Of a stretch of 13,012 nucleotides of DNA, positions 1-7,062 are shown piece by piece. The position numbers and the translations under genes are program-made. Source of the DNA: Cyanobacteria bacterium J06626_4 (GTDB lineage: Bacteria > Cyanobacteriota > Cyanobacteriia > Phormidesmidales > Phormidesmidaceae); assembly GCA_038523235.1 (NCBI GenBank), contig JBCBJQ010000140.1, positions 1 through 13,012 of the forward strand. Reading direction: 5' to 3'. The notes under the pieces are model-generated. The model searched no databases and had not been told where the DNA came from. It worked only from the letters and a program-made list of their open reading frames with translations. How positions within the stretch are numbered: the stretch's first letter is position 1; every line of letters begins with the position of its first letter.

Positions 1-267
1 AAGAAAACGCTAAATAGCGCCAATAAGCTTGTGTTTTATGAGTGATTTCCAGCCAAAAAAATGGCCAGCTTCACCGCTGCAAAAAGATTAATCAACTGTT
101 TTTCTGACCAGCACTAAATTGTCAAAGTTAGATTAGAAGACCAGATAAAATCAGCATCCGCGCCTATGAAGATGTCGGAAAAAGACCACCTTCTACGTGT
201 CTGAAACACTGCCCAAAAATTTCCTGCATCACTAAAGGGATTTAGGTGCCAACTTTAACCAGGAAAT

Positions 268-337
268 GTCGGTGAAGGCAGACGGCAGGAGCACTGGTTC
301 TGCCGTCTGATTTCTTGATCAGCTGGAGTTTGCCGAC
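268..337. terminator. Stem-loop downstream of the MshEN gene (terminator-like or structured RNA)
   Basis: Perfect 10-bp inverted repeat CAGACGGCAG (279-288) / CTGCCGTCTG (300-309), enclosed by an outer 9-bp stem (268-276 with 329-337, two G-U pairs on +). The inner stem lies about 45 nt past the stop of the 354..551 gene. A T-rich run (ATTTCTT) follows only on the + strand. Confidence 0.5.
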
Positions 338-353
338 TTAAACAGTAGCGGTT

Positions 354-551
354 TTAATTAATCACCCAATAACCATGGTTACGCCAATATTGTTCTTGCA
401 GGGCGGTGTCTAATTGGGCGGTTGTAATATGGCCCTCGCTAACGAACGCCCTACCCAATGGCTGCATTTGCTGAGTCTGGGTGTGCAACTTCTTCTCTAG
501 CTCTGAAACAGAAATTGCTCCTTGCCGGACTAGAATTTGTCCCAGTTTCAT
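354..551 (-). CDS. Stand-alone MshEN-domain (c-di-GMP-binding motif) microprotein, 65 aa
   Basis: Internal Met35 of the 354..653 ORF has a GAGGA RBS just upstream. The protein has two 24-aa MshEN-type motifs (KLGQILVRQGAISVSELEKKLHTQ and PLGRAFVSEGHITTAQLDTALQEQ) joined by a 5-aa linker, matching the RLGxxLLxxGLIxxxxLxxxLxxQ tandem pattern, followed by a YWRNHGYWVIN tail. Confidence 0.8.
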   Translation of the reverse strand: MKLGQILVRQGAISVSELEKKLHTQTQQMQPLGRAFVSEGHITTAQLDTALQEQYWRNHGYWVIN

Positions 552-654
552 GATTACATCCTCATAACTGATAGGGATTGGGAATTGAACCTGTGTGACG
601 ATCTCTGTCGGGGTGAGCCAATGGGCATCAGCTACAAATATCATCGTGATCATT

Positions 655-752
655 CAGTCGTGAGCACCTTCAAAGGCCAGTTGTGCTATCTGTGGCGTGC
701 TGTCGATGCCCATGGGCCGGTGCTTGATATTTTGAGGCAGTGCGACCGTGAC
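655..752 (+). mobile_element. IS6-family transposase remnant (about 30 codons of the DDE core)
   Basis: Translation VVSTFKGQLCYLWRAVDAHGPVLDILRQCDRD matches the IS6/IS240 signature xGxxxYLWRAVDxxGxxLDxLxxxxRD. No N-terminus, C-terminus or terminal inverted repeats are recognisable. Confidence 0.75.
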
Positions 753-816
753 GATTACCTGAGACTTTGTGCCTAATTCCAAACGTGGTCAGTTAAGTCG
801 ACAATCCTTTTGGGGT

Positions 817-1121
817 CTAAATTTGGATCTCGACTTCTAGGGAAACGTCGGTGGATTCTGGCCTGTTGTCTTGACGGTTGTCGGGTCGTCTAACGGGCAG
901 TCTGGGTGCTGTTCCGGTGCTAATTCTGGCGGTGCTGGGGGGCTCTCAACTCTCTGGGCGGTCATAAAGGGCCAAATCCCCTTCCAGGAGGGGAAAGTAA
1001 CAGGTTTTGCCTTAACCTGAAATGACGTTGGTTATCAGGGCAAGAAGAGAGATTCCTGCCCTGTGGCTTGGTCAGATCCCGTGGCGGATGATTTGGCAGG
1101 GCGACTAGGGCCTTTCATCAT
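817..1121 (-). pseudogene. Probable frameshifted paralog of the small secreted protein at 1246..1524
   Basis: Joining minus-strand frames gives ...AGISLLALITNVI / QVKAKPVTFPSWKGIWPFMTAQRVESPP / STARISTGTAPRLPVRRPDNRQDNRPESTDVSLEVEIQI-stop (TAG 817-819). It shares a signal-like segment, QRVE, APRxPxR and a terminal beta-strand with the neighbour. At least three frameshifts are needed from the ATGATG at 1121, one of them in the G6 run at 937-942. Confidence 0.45.
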
Positions 1122-1245
1122 TTAGTATTCAAACTCTGACAGCGAGAGTAATACAGGCCCTAGCTGGTTTCAGGGGTGCGGGCGCGGTAATGCCCGTCCC
1201 GTCAAGCTTCTGGGTTAATTGATGACGCGCTCTAAAACCCTGTTG

Positions 1246-1524
1246 TCAGCCGATGGTGATTGTGAGTCTGGCCGGCGACCTCGGTGCCGGTTCCTGCACT
1301 GGTTGCGGTGCTGGTCGCGGTGCTGGCTGGGGTTCCGGTTGCGGTGTGGGTTGGGGGGCTGGCTGCGGTACTGACCGCTCTACTCTCTGAGGCACAGCAT
1401 GGTTCGGTCTGCCCTCCACCGCATTGGCTTGTGCAATAGTGGCTGTCGCGGTGATCAAGCCCGCACAAGAAACGCTCGCCAACGTTGTGGTTACAAAGGC
1501 TTTGACTGTTCGATTTAGTTTCAT
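1246..1524 (-). CDS. Small secreted proline-rich protein, 92 aa
   Basis: AGGAG RBS 7 nt before the ATG. Sec-type signal peptide (MKLNRTVK, hydrophobic stretch, AQA/ANA cleavage site), P-Q/R-P-x tetrapeptide repeats, and a C-terminal RLTITIG. Confidence 0.75.
   Translation of the reverse strand: MKLNRTVKAFVTTTLASVSCAGLITATATIAQANAVEGRPNHAVPQRVERSVPQPAPQPTPQPEPQPAPRPAPQPVQEPAPRSPARLTITIG
1289..1372. repeat. Degenerate 12-bp tandem repeat (6-7 units) encoding PQPx
   Basis: Units GGTTGCGGTGCT, GGTCGCGGTGCT, GGCTGGGGTTCC, GGTTGCGGTGTG, GGTTGGGGGGCT and GGCTGCGGTACT at 1301-1372, plus a weaker unit at 1289-1300. Confidence 0.85.
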
Positions 1525-1571
1525 TTTGCAGCTCCTAAACTCTAAAGAGTCATCATCATGAGAACCTCTTG

Positions 1572-1598
1572 TTTAAAGGTTTTCTTGACACCTTTAAA
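1572..1598. promoter_or_regulatory. Perfect 9-bp inverted repeat upstream of the secreted-protein gene
   Basis: TTTAAAGGT-N9-ACCTTTAAA, 48-74 nt upstream of the 1524 start. Could be an operator or a 5' UTR hairpin. Confidence 0.45.
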
Positions 1599-1659
1599 TT
1601 GAGATTTCACAACGTCTGATTACGTAAACAATAGAGAAAATTGCCAATAGCAAGTATCA

Positions 1660-1702
1660 GTCATAAGTCACGATTCGCCCCTGTCATAAGTCACGATGAC
1701 TT
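1660..1702. promoter_or_regulatory. 15-bp direct repeat pair, candidate transcription-factor site
   Basis: GTCATAAGTCACGAT at 1660-1674 and 1683-1697 (period 23). The second copy overlaps the palindrome AAGTCA-CGA-TGACTT (1688-1702). Confidence 0.55.
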
Positions 1703-2065
1703 CATCAGCAAGAAACTTGTGTCCAAATCAATATCCGACATTGATATCGCAGAGGGTAGAAAGGTACCGGGTTCAAGGTGCAGAGAAAGGCATTGCCGCC
1801 AGCGATCCGGCGATTGAAAGTGTCCAAGCCTGACTGCGGCTCGCTATATTGCCGCTGGACATCACGAACTCTGCTGATGGCTGCGTCCAGCCGATTGTGT
1901 TGAGCCTGACAAGTTGAGCAGCAGAGCAGAAAGGCCTGGTTTTTGTCCGCGTGGGACAGGCTGCTGTTGGGGCGGTAGTGACCAGGTCTCTCTGAGGTCT
2001 TCAGTGGTCACGCCAAGGGGGACGCTGACTTCGTTTGACTGATCACAATACTGAGCCAAGCTACC

Positions 2066-5000
2066 TCAAGCGATTGATCCGGCGGTGGTCGCTTCAGTCA
2101 CTCGTTCGACCGTGCCCGCGCGGCCATCAAGGCGCACAATCTGGCCGTCTTGAAACTGCTGGGTTGCCTCAGAGATATTCATCACTGCCGGAATTTGATA
2201 TTCCCGCGCCACGATCGCCCCGTGGGAAAGTTTGCCCCCCACTTCAGCCACTAGGCCTGCTGCCTGGGCCAAAATCGGCCCCCAACCAGCATCGGTGTAG
2301 GGCACCACGATGATGGTGCCGGGGGCAATCGGCTCACTCAGCTGCAGCGTGTTCAACACTCGCACGGGGCCTTGCACCTGACCGGCGCTGGCTCCGATAC
2401 CTTGCAAAACCCCAGATCGAGGTGGCGGGGGCGAGGTGGTGAGTGGTGTGGGGGGCGGCTCGTCGCCATACACAATGAAGGGCACCGTGGTTTGTGCTTG
2501 GTGCTGCTCAAACTGCGATCGCCGCGTCGCCACTAATGCCTGCAAAGCTTCATGGGAAAGGGACTCTGGCGTTGCCACACTGGCCCGCAGTTCGTTATAG
2601 GTCAAAAAGAAGCCGTCCTCCGGCTGCTGCAGGCGATTTTGCGCGATCTCCCGATCTGTCAAGGCCAGCAGGCTCCAGCGCAGTTCGGCCAACAGGGTGA
2701 GGTAGACCGTCGCCACCCGCCCCTTGAGATTGAGCCGCGCCTGCACCTGGCGATAACGCCAGCCCGTGGGCGGCGCTGAACGAGGGGCTGAACTGTCCTC
2801 TGAATCCGTCGCGGCGGCGGCTGAAGATGCTGCTGCTGGGGGCGGATTGGTCAAAAACTGGGCAAACAGCGTCTGGACGGGCTGTGGATCTTCGCGCCAA
2901 GTGGGTACGGCGATATCGGTGCCGACTTCACTGAGGTAGCCGTAGCGCTCCAAAATTTCATCCAGGGCTGTCAGCACAGTTTGGCCTTGGGGCAGTTCGG
3001 CCAGCTGTGCCAGCAGGTGCGCGGGGGAAACGGAAGTTGAAGCTGTCGCCACCCAGTCGGGGTACTGCTCGCGGGTCGATCGCGCCAGCGCTTTGACCAA
3101 CTGCAGGGAAGCGATTTCCGGCTGATCGCTGGAATCCAGATCAGTTTCGGGAACTTTGAACACCGATCGCCGCAGCGCAAAACTCAGCGGGCCTAAAATG
3201 TTGTAATAGGTCGCCCGCTGCAGCTGCTGCAGGATGGTGTCGATGCGGGTCAACAGTTCCGGCGCTGCGAGCGTCGTGGCGGGGGTTGCTCGCAGGTGAG
3301 TCAATACCGGGGCAAAGTGCTGGCGATCGTCCTGCTCAAAATCTTGTAGTAATCGCCATTCGCGGCGCAGTAGCCGCAGCAGGCCCGGCACATTTTGCAG
3401 CGTGCTGCCAATCGGCGGTTTGCTGAACTTGCTGCCCAGCGTGAGAAATTCGAGACTCTCGGGCGGCAAACCCATGCGGCGAAAGGTCGCGCCCAGCAGC
3501 GTCGCGTTGAAGTAGGCCCGCGAGTAGTGCAGCGTCGCCGTATTGCCAAAGTCGAGTCCGGCGGCGCGATCGCCCAGCACAATTGTAAAAATATCGCCCC
3601 AGACGCCACAGGTCAGCGGTCGGTTAATTGACCAGGTGAGGGGCCGAATCACGCCGGGAATCACCTCGGCAGCGATTTTGCGCGTCCAAAGGGGGCTCAG
3701 CGTCGTGATGGGGCGAGCCTGCAGCAGCCACAGCGTCTCGCCGTCAAAGCTCCATTCAATATCTTGCGGAATGCCGTGGTAACGCAGTTCTAAATGACGC
3801 GCCAGTTGCGCCACCTGCTGGATCAGCGCGGGGGGAATGGGATTCGCGGCGCTCTCTCCACTCGTCCCGCCGTTTTCACTCGTGGCGGCGGGCGCGGCCT
3901 CGAGCTTGGCGAGGTCGCTAGGACTCACCTCACTCAGCTGAGCGTCATCGACCTCCAGCCGATACTGTTCGGGGGTGACCTGACCGGAAACGACCTGATC
4001 TGCCCCACCTGCCAAGGCTTCGACCACCACGGCAGCGCCCGGCTCAACGGGGTCGCGGCTAAAGGCCACGCCGGAATATAGGCCCGGCACCTGTTGTTGC
4101 ACCAGCAGGGCCAGGCCTGTTTGGTCAGTCAGGCCGCGATCGCGGCGATATTGAGCCGCGGCGGCTTGGTCGTAGTATTGGCGACAGTGGTCAATTGCCT
4201 GGGCTAAATCAGTGGCGCTGCGCACGTCGGCGATCGACTCGTACTGTCCGGCCCCAGAGACGAATTCACCATCTTCATCCAGTGCGGAAGAACGGACAAT
4301 CCACGAGTGCTGCCAGGGGTCGGGCTCGACTGCTTTGAGGTGCGTGACCAGTGCTGGCCCGCTGCTGCCCTGGGGCAAAATCCAGCCCCTGGGCACGGCG
4401 TAGCCCCACTGTTTTAGTTGCGCCAGCGTGGCGGCTTTATTGCCCATTTGGGCGGTTTGAGGTTTATCGTTGAGTGACCCAATCACATCCTGACCTCGAA
4501 GAAAACGAAACATTGGCCGGGTATCGGACTCCGGTTGACTCGGGGTGAGGGCCAAGTCATCGGGCAGGCGCTGATAGATGGCGGCAATCAGCAGGCTCAG
4601 GCCGGTGGCGGCGACAATGGTCGCGGGACTCTCGGGACGGCGCAGCGCCTCTAACAGCGGCAGCAGCACCAACACGCCCAGCCGCGCGGGTTGCCGCCGC
4701 CGCACGATCGCAAACCAGAGGCCCGACAGTACCCAGGTCGCCAGGGCAATCACCCAGTCATGGGTAATATAGCCCCAAACCACATTCGTTGTGCCAGCGC
4801 TGCCACCCAGCGTGTAGCGGCCTAAAACGAGGGCGATCAGCGCGATCAGTTCCCAGGGTGCCGAGTTGGCAAAGAGCGATCGCGCCAGCAGCACGACGCC
4901 AATGCCCTTCGCGGCTTCTGAGGCGACCGCCAGCAGCCCCAGTTTGGTGCCGCCGTGATAAAACGCCGCTGAGACGCTGAGATTCCCCGTGCCCAACTCG

Positions 5001-5110
5001 GCTAAGCGCTGCTGCGTCAGTCCGCGCACCAGCCAGTCAATGATGGGCAGGCTACCGACGGCAAAGGCGATCGCGCACAACAGTAGAGCAGTCCCAGTAG
5101 ATAAAGTCAT
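2066..5110 (-). CDS. Fusion of a PlsY-like (glycerol-3-phosphate acyltransferase family) membrane domain with PEP/pyruvate-binding ATP-grasp and C-terminal phospho-His swivel domains
   Basis: N-terminal ~190 aa are multi-TM with GTGNLSVSAAFYHGG and SEAAKGIG. ATP-grasp motifs are GNKAATL, VRSSALDEDG..SGAGQYES, LLVQQQV, SGVAFSRDP and PQDIEWSF..LLQARPIT. The C-terminal phospho-His motif is GGKLSHGAIVAREYQIPAV. The ORF is open to 5173; the MTLS start at 5110 is preferred because it directly precedes the first TM helix, but this is uncertain. Confidence 0.88.
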   Translation of the reverse strand: MTLSTGTALLLCAIAFAVGSLPIIDWLVRGLTQQRLAELGTGNLSVSAAFYHGGTKLGLLAVASEAAKGIGVVLLARSLFANSAPWELIALIALVLGRYTLGGSAGTTNVVWGYITHDWVIALATWVLSGLWFAIVRRRQPARLGVLVLLPLLEALRRPESPATIVAATGLSLLIAAIYQRLPDDLALTPSQPESDTRPMFRFLRGQDVIGSLNDKPQTAQMGNKAATLAQLKQWGYAVPRGWILPQGSSGPALVTHLKAVEPDPWQHSWIVRSSALDEDGEFVSGAGQYESIADVRSATDLAQAIDHCRQYYDQAAAAQYRRDRGLTDQTGLALLVQQQVPGLYSGVAFSRDPVEPGAAVVVEALAGGADQVVSGQVTPEQYRLEVDDAQLSEVSPSDLAKLEAAPAATSENGGTSGESAANPIPPALIQQVAQLARHLELRYHGIPQDIEWSFDGETLWLLQARPITTLSPLWTRKIAAEVIPGVIRPLTWSINRPLTCGVWGDIFTIVLGDRAAGLDFGNTATLHYSRAYFNATLLGATFRRMGLPPESLEFLTLGSKFSKPPIGSTLQNVPGLLRLLRREWRLLQDFEQDDRQHFAPVLTHLRATPATTLAAPELLTRIDTILQQLQRATYYNILGPLSFALRRSVFKVPETDLDSSDQPEIASLQLVKALARSTREQYPDWVATASTSVSPAHLLAQLAELPQGQTVLTALDEILERYGYLSEVGTDIAVPTWREDPQPVQTLFAQFLTNPPPAAASSAAAATDSEDSSAPRSAPPTGWRYRQVQARLNLKGRVATVYLTLLAELRWSLLALTDREIAQNRLQQPEDGFFLTYNELRASVATPESLSHEALQALVATRRSQFEQHQAQTTVPFIVYGDEPPPTPLTTSPPPPRSGVLQGIGASAGQVQGPVRVLNTLQLSEPIAPGTIIVVPYTDAGWGPILAQAAGLVAEVGGKLSHGAIVAREYQIPAVMNISEATQQFQDGQIVRLDGRAGTVERVTEATTAGSIA

Positions 5111-5394
5111 GGGCCAACCGATGGCAGTGTCAACTGTGGCTACGGTAACCCAAAGCATCGCCGCCTCGTTCATGAACCGATATACTGCCTTCTCAGCTGT
5201 CCTATCGAGGAGTTAGAAACAAAGCACGGAGCTTGCAGAAAGTTTCCCTCGGCAAATTTTCAATCAACTGCCTTGATTGAGTAAGGACAATGTCCAGAGG
5301 AGCCTTCAACTTCCTTCGAGGGCAGCAGTCGCCGAGTGCTTTTAAGGTGCGGCTCTTGCCAATTAGAGGAGGGGTGATAGTCTTTTCCCAAAGA

Positions 5395-5447
5395 TCCTAG
5401 CCCGCTCAAACCCCTCTTTGGGTCGGCTTCCTAGCCCGCTCAACCCC
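5395..5447. repeat. 15-bp direct repeat pair
   Basis: TCCTAGCCCGCTCAA at 5395-5409 and 5429-5443, each followed by (A)CCCC; period 34. Confidence 0.7.
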
Positions 5448-5611
5448 ACCAGTGAAAAATCAGCTTTCTCACTGGCGCTGCAGCGAAGTGGGCAGCCTTC
5501 CTAGTAGAACAGACGGTCAGATGGCTGTAGAACAAGAGACGTTGGGAGGAAGTAGGGGTATTGCTTGAGTAAGAGCGAGGCGATCGCTTTTCAATTGGCG
5601 AATCTCTCAAT

Positions 5612-6004
5612 TCACCGATGCGGCATGGCATCCCAGATTGTCTTGGTATCAGCAAACATCCGAAAACGATAAACCCGACCGTCCCGTAAATCATAAACGT
5701 GAGCCGCTGCCGCCCGCATTGACCGGCCAGAGTCGCGGTGATACCCGCGATAGGTGCCAATCACTACGACTGAGTTGCCAACATCAAGAATTTCCTCGAT
5801 ATCGTAGGCAAAACTCTCCCAGCGATTGTCATTGGCCTTGAAAACTCGCTCAACGACTTCGGCTGCGCCTCGCCACACCGAACCGCTGGGGAATCCTTGA
5901 TTTTGATGCCATTCCAAGTCTTCTGCACTAATACGAAGAAAGGCTGCATAGTCCTTTTCCCGAAACGACCGATATAGCTCTTCAATGACCTGTACGTTGT
6001 TCAT
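5612..6004 (-). CDS. NTF2/SnoaL-like (ketosteroid isomerase-like) protein
   Basis: N-terminal NVQVIEELYRSF, xEDLEW, GxWRGxxEV, VVVIGTYRG and HVYDLRDGRVYRFRMFADT are typical of SnoaL_2-type proteins. Starts 4 nt after the azoR stop. Confidence 0.85.
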   Translation of the reverse strand: MNNVQVIEELYRSFREKDYAAFLRISAEDLEWHQNQGFPSGSVWRGAAEVVERVFKANDNRWESFAYDIEEILDVGNSVVVIGTYRGYHRDSGRSMRAAAAHVYDLRDGRVYRFRMFADTKTIWDAMPHR

Positions 6005-6008
6005 AGAA

Positions 6009-6632
6009 TCACCAGTTCATTGCGAGATCTTGGATCTCTAACCGGGCCGCATTGAGACCTCTTTGTCGAGCCTCCGCTCCAGAATCTAAGCCGTTTGCAT
6101 GAACGAACTGCACGTCAGCAATACCGATGAAGTTGAAGGCGGTTCGCAGAAAAGGCTCTTGGCAGTCCCAGTCGGCATGAGGCATCCCGCTCCGGAAGTC
6201 ATCTCCCCGCGCGGTGATGAATAAGGCTTTTTTACTGTCTACTAATCCTTGCCAGTCGCCATCTCCAACCACTGCAAAGGTCCGACCAACTCGAACAATT
6301 TGGTCAATATAAGCTTTGAAGCTGGCAGGAACGCTGAAGTTGTACATCGGCACACTAAAAACGTAGCGGTCAACTGAAAGGAACTCATCAACCAGTTTTT
6401 CAGAGAGTGCAATCTCTTGTTTCATCTCAGAGGTTCGAGCTTCTGGCGGTGTAAAGTCTGCCGCAATCCACTGTTCAGTCACGTATGGAATTGAACACAG
6501 TCTGAGATCGCGATAGATCACAGTATCGTCGGGATGCTGCTGCTGCCATGCCGTCATAAATTGCTTGGCTAGCTGTCTGGAACGAGAGCGATCGCCCCGA
6601 GGACTGGAGTCAAGATGCAACACATGGGTCAT
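6009..6632 (-). CDS. azoR: FMN-dependent NADH-azoreductase (flavodoxin_2 fold)
   Basis: VLHLDSSPRGDRSRSRQL, PMYNFSVPASFKAYIDQIVRVGRTF, ITARG and FLRTAFNFIGI motifs; 207 aa. Confidence 0.92.
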   Translation of the reverse strand: MTHVLHLDSSPRGDRSRSRQLAKQFMTAWQQQHPDDTVIYRDLRLCSIPYVTEQWIAADFTPPEARTSEMKQEIALSEKLVDEFLSVDRYVFSVPMYNFSVPASFKAYIDQIVRVGRTFAVVGDGDWQGLVDSKKALFITARGDDFRSGMPHADWDCQEPFLRTAFNFIGIADVQFVHANGLDSGAEARQRGLNAARLEIQDLAMNW

Positions 6633-6680
6633 AGCAGTCAGCTCAAGAATTTATTTGCATTTAGACCTTAGAACTGGGAC

Positions 6681-6711
6681 TTACTAAAGTAAAGTAGCTA
6701 CCATTTAGTAA
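6681..6711. promoter_or_regulatory. Candidate HxlR/YodB-type operator in the divergent azoR-regulator promoter
   Basis: TACT-N7-AGTA at 6682-6696, nested in the larger inverted repeat TTACTAAA-N15-TTTAGTAA (6681-6711), with the palindrome GTAGCTAC at 6694-6701. Confidence 0.65.
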
Positions 6712-6741
6712 CTCAATAACCAAAAGGGAGCCAGAGGGCAC

Positions 6742-7062
6742 ATGACGGAGCCAAAATCGAGCCCACTTGAAACGCTATTGGATCAGATCTCCGGGCGTTG
6801 GACTATGTACATCCTGTGGATTCTCGATACATATGGGACGCTACGGTTCGGTGAATTGAGACGCAAAGTGACCGGCATCTCAACCAAAGTTTTGACAGAG
6901 AGACTACGAAGGCTAGAAGCACTTGACATTATTCATCGAAACTATGTCCCGACGATTCCCCCCGAAGTTACCTACAACCTGACAGAGCGAGGCCAAGAGC
7001 TCTCTAGAACACTCGATGCCCTCTGCGATCTGGCTTCACGTTGGTATGGAGCAGAAGAATAA
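6742..7062 (+). CDS. HxlR-family (MarR/DUF24) winged-helix transcriptional regulator
   Basis: PLETLLDQISGRWTMYIL, LRFGELRRKVTGISTKVLTERLRRLE and PPEVTYNLTERG motifs; divergent from azoR. Confidence 0.92.
   Translation: MTEPKSSPLETLLDQISGRWTMYILWILDTYGTLRFGELRRKVTGISTKVLTERLRRLEALDIIHRNYVPTIPPEVTYNLTERGQELSRTLDALCDLASRWYGAEE

Noticed and set aside
552..653. N-terminal 34-codon extension of the 354..653 ORF
   Set aside because: The RBS and the MshEN motif both point to the ATG at 551.
537..776. 79-aa + strand ORF as an intact gene
   Set aside because: Only its last ~30 codons resemble an IS6 transposase; the rest overlaps the MshEN start and its upstream region.
977..1019. Two adjacent small hairpins (TCCCCT/AGGGGA; CAGGTT/AACCTG) as a riboswitch
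   Set aside because: 6-bp stems only, no recognisable aptamer consensus, and they lie inside the probable pseudogene.
1862..2059. 65-aa minus-strand ORF after the fusion gene
   Set aside because: Non-ATG start, no RBS or recognisable motif; cannot be supported.
2066..5110. Calling the fusion gene ppsA, ppdK or plsY
   Set aside because: It lacks the pyruvate-binding barrel and the PlsY motifs are degenerate, so none of these symbols is justified.
2035..5216. Many short ORFs antisense or out of frame to the 1035-aa gene (likewise within the CPBP, amidase and tenA genes)
   Set aside because: Shadow ORFs expected in GC-rich coding DNA, with no motifs.
5395..5447. Direct repeat pair as a mini-CRISPR array
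   Set aside because: Only two units, repeat 15-20 bp and spacer under 20 bp, and no cas genes.
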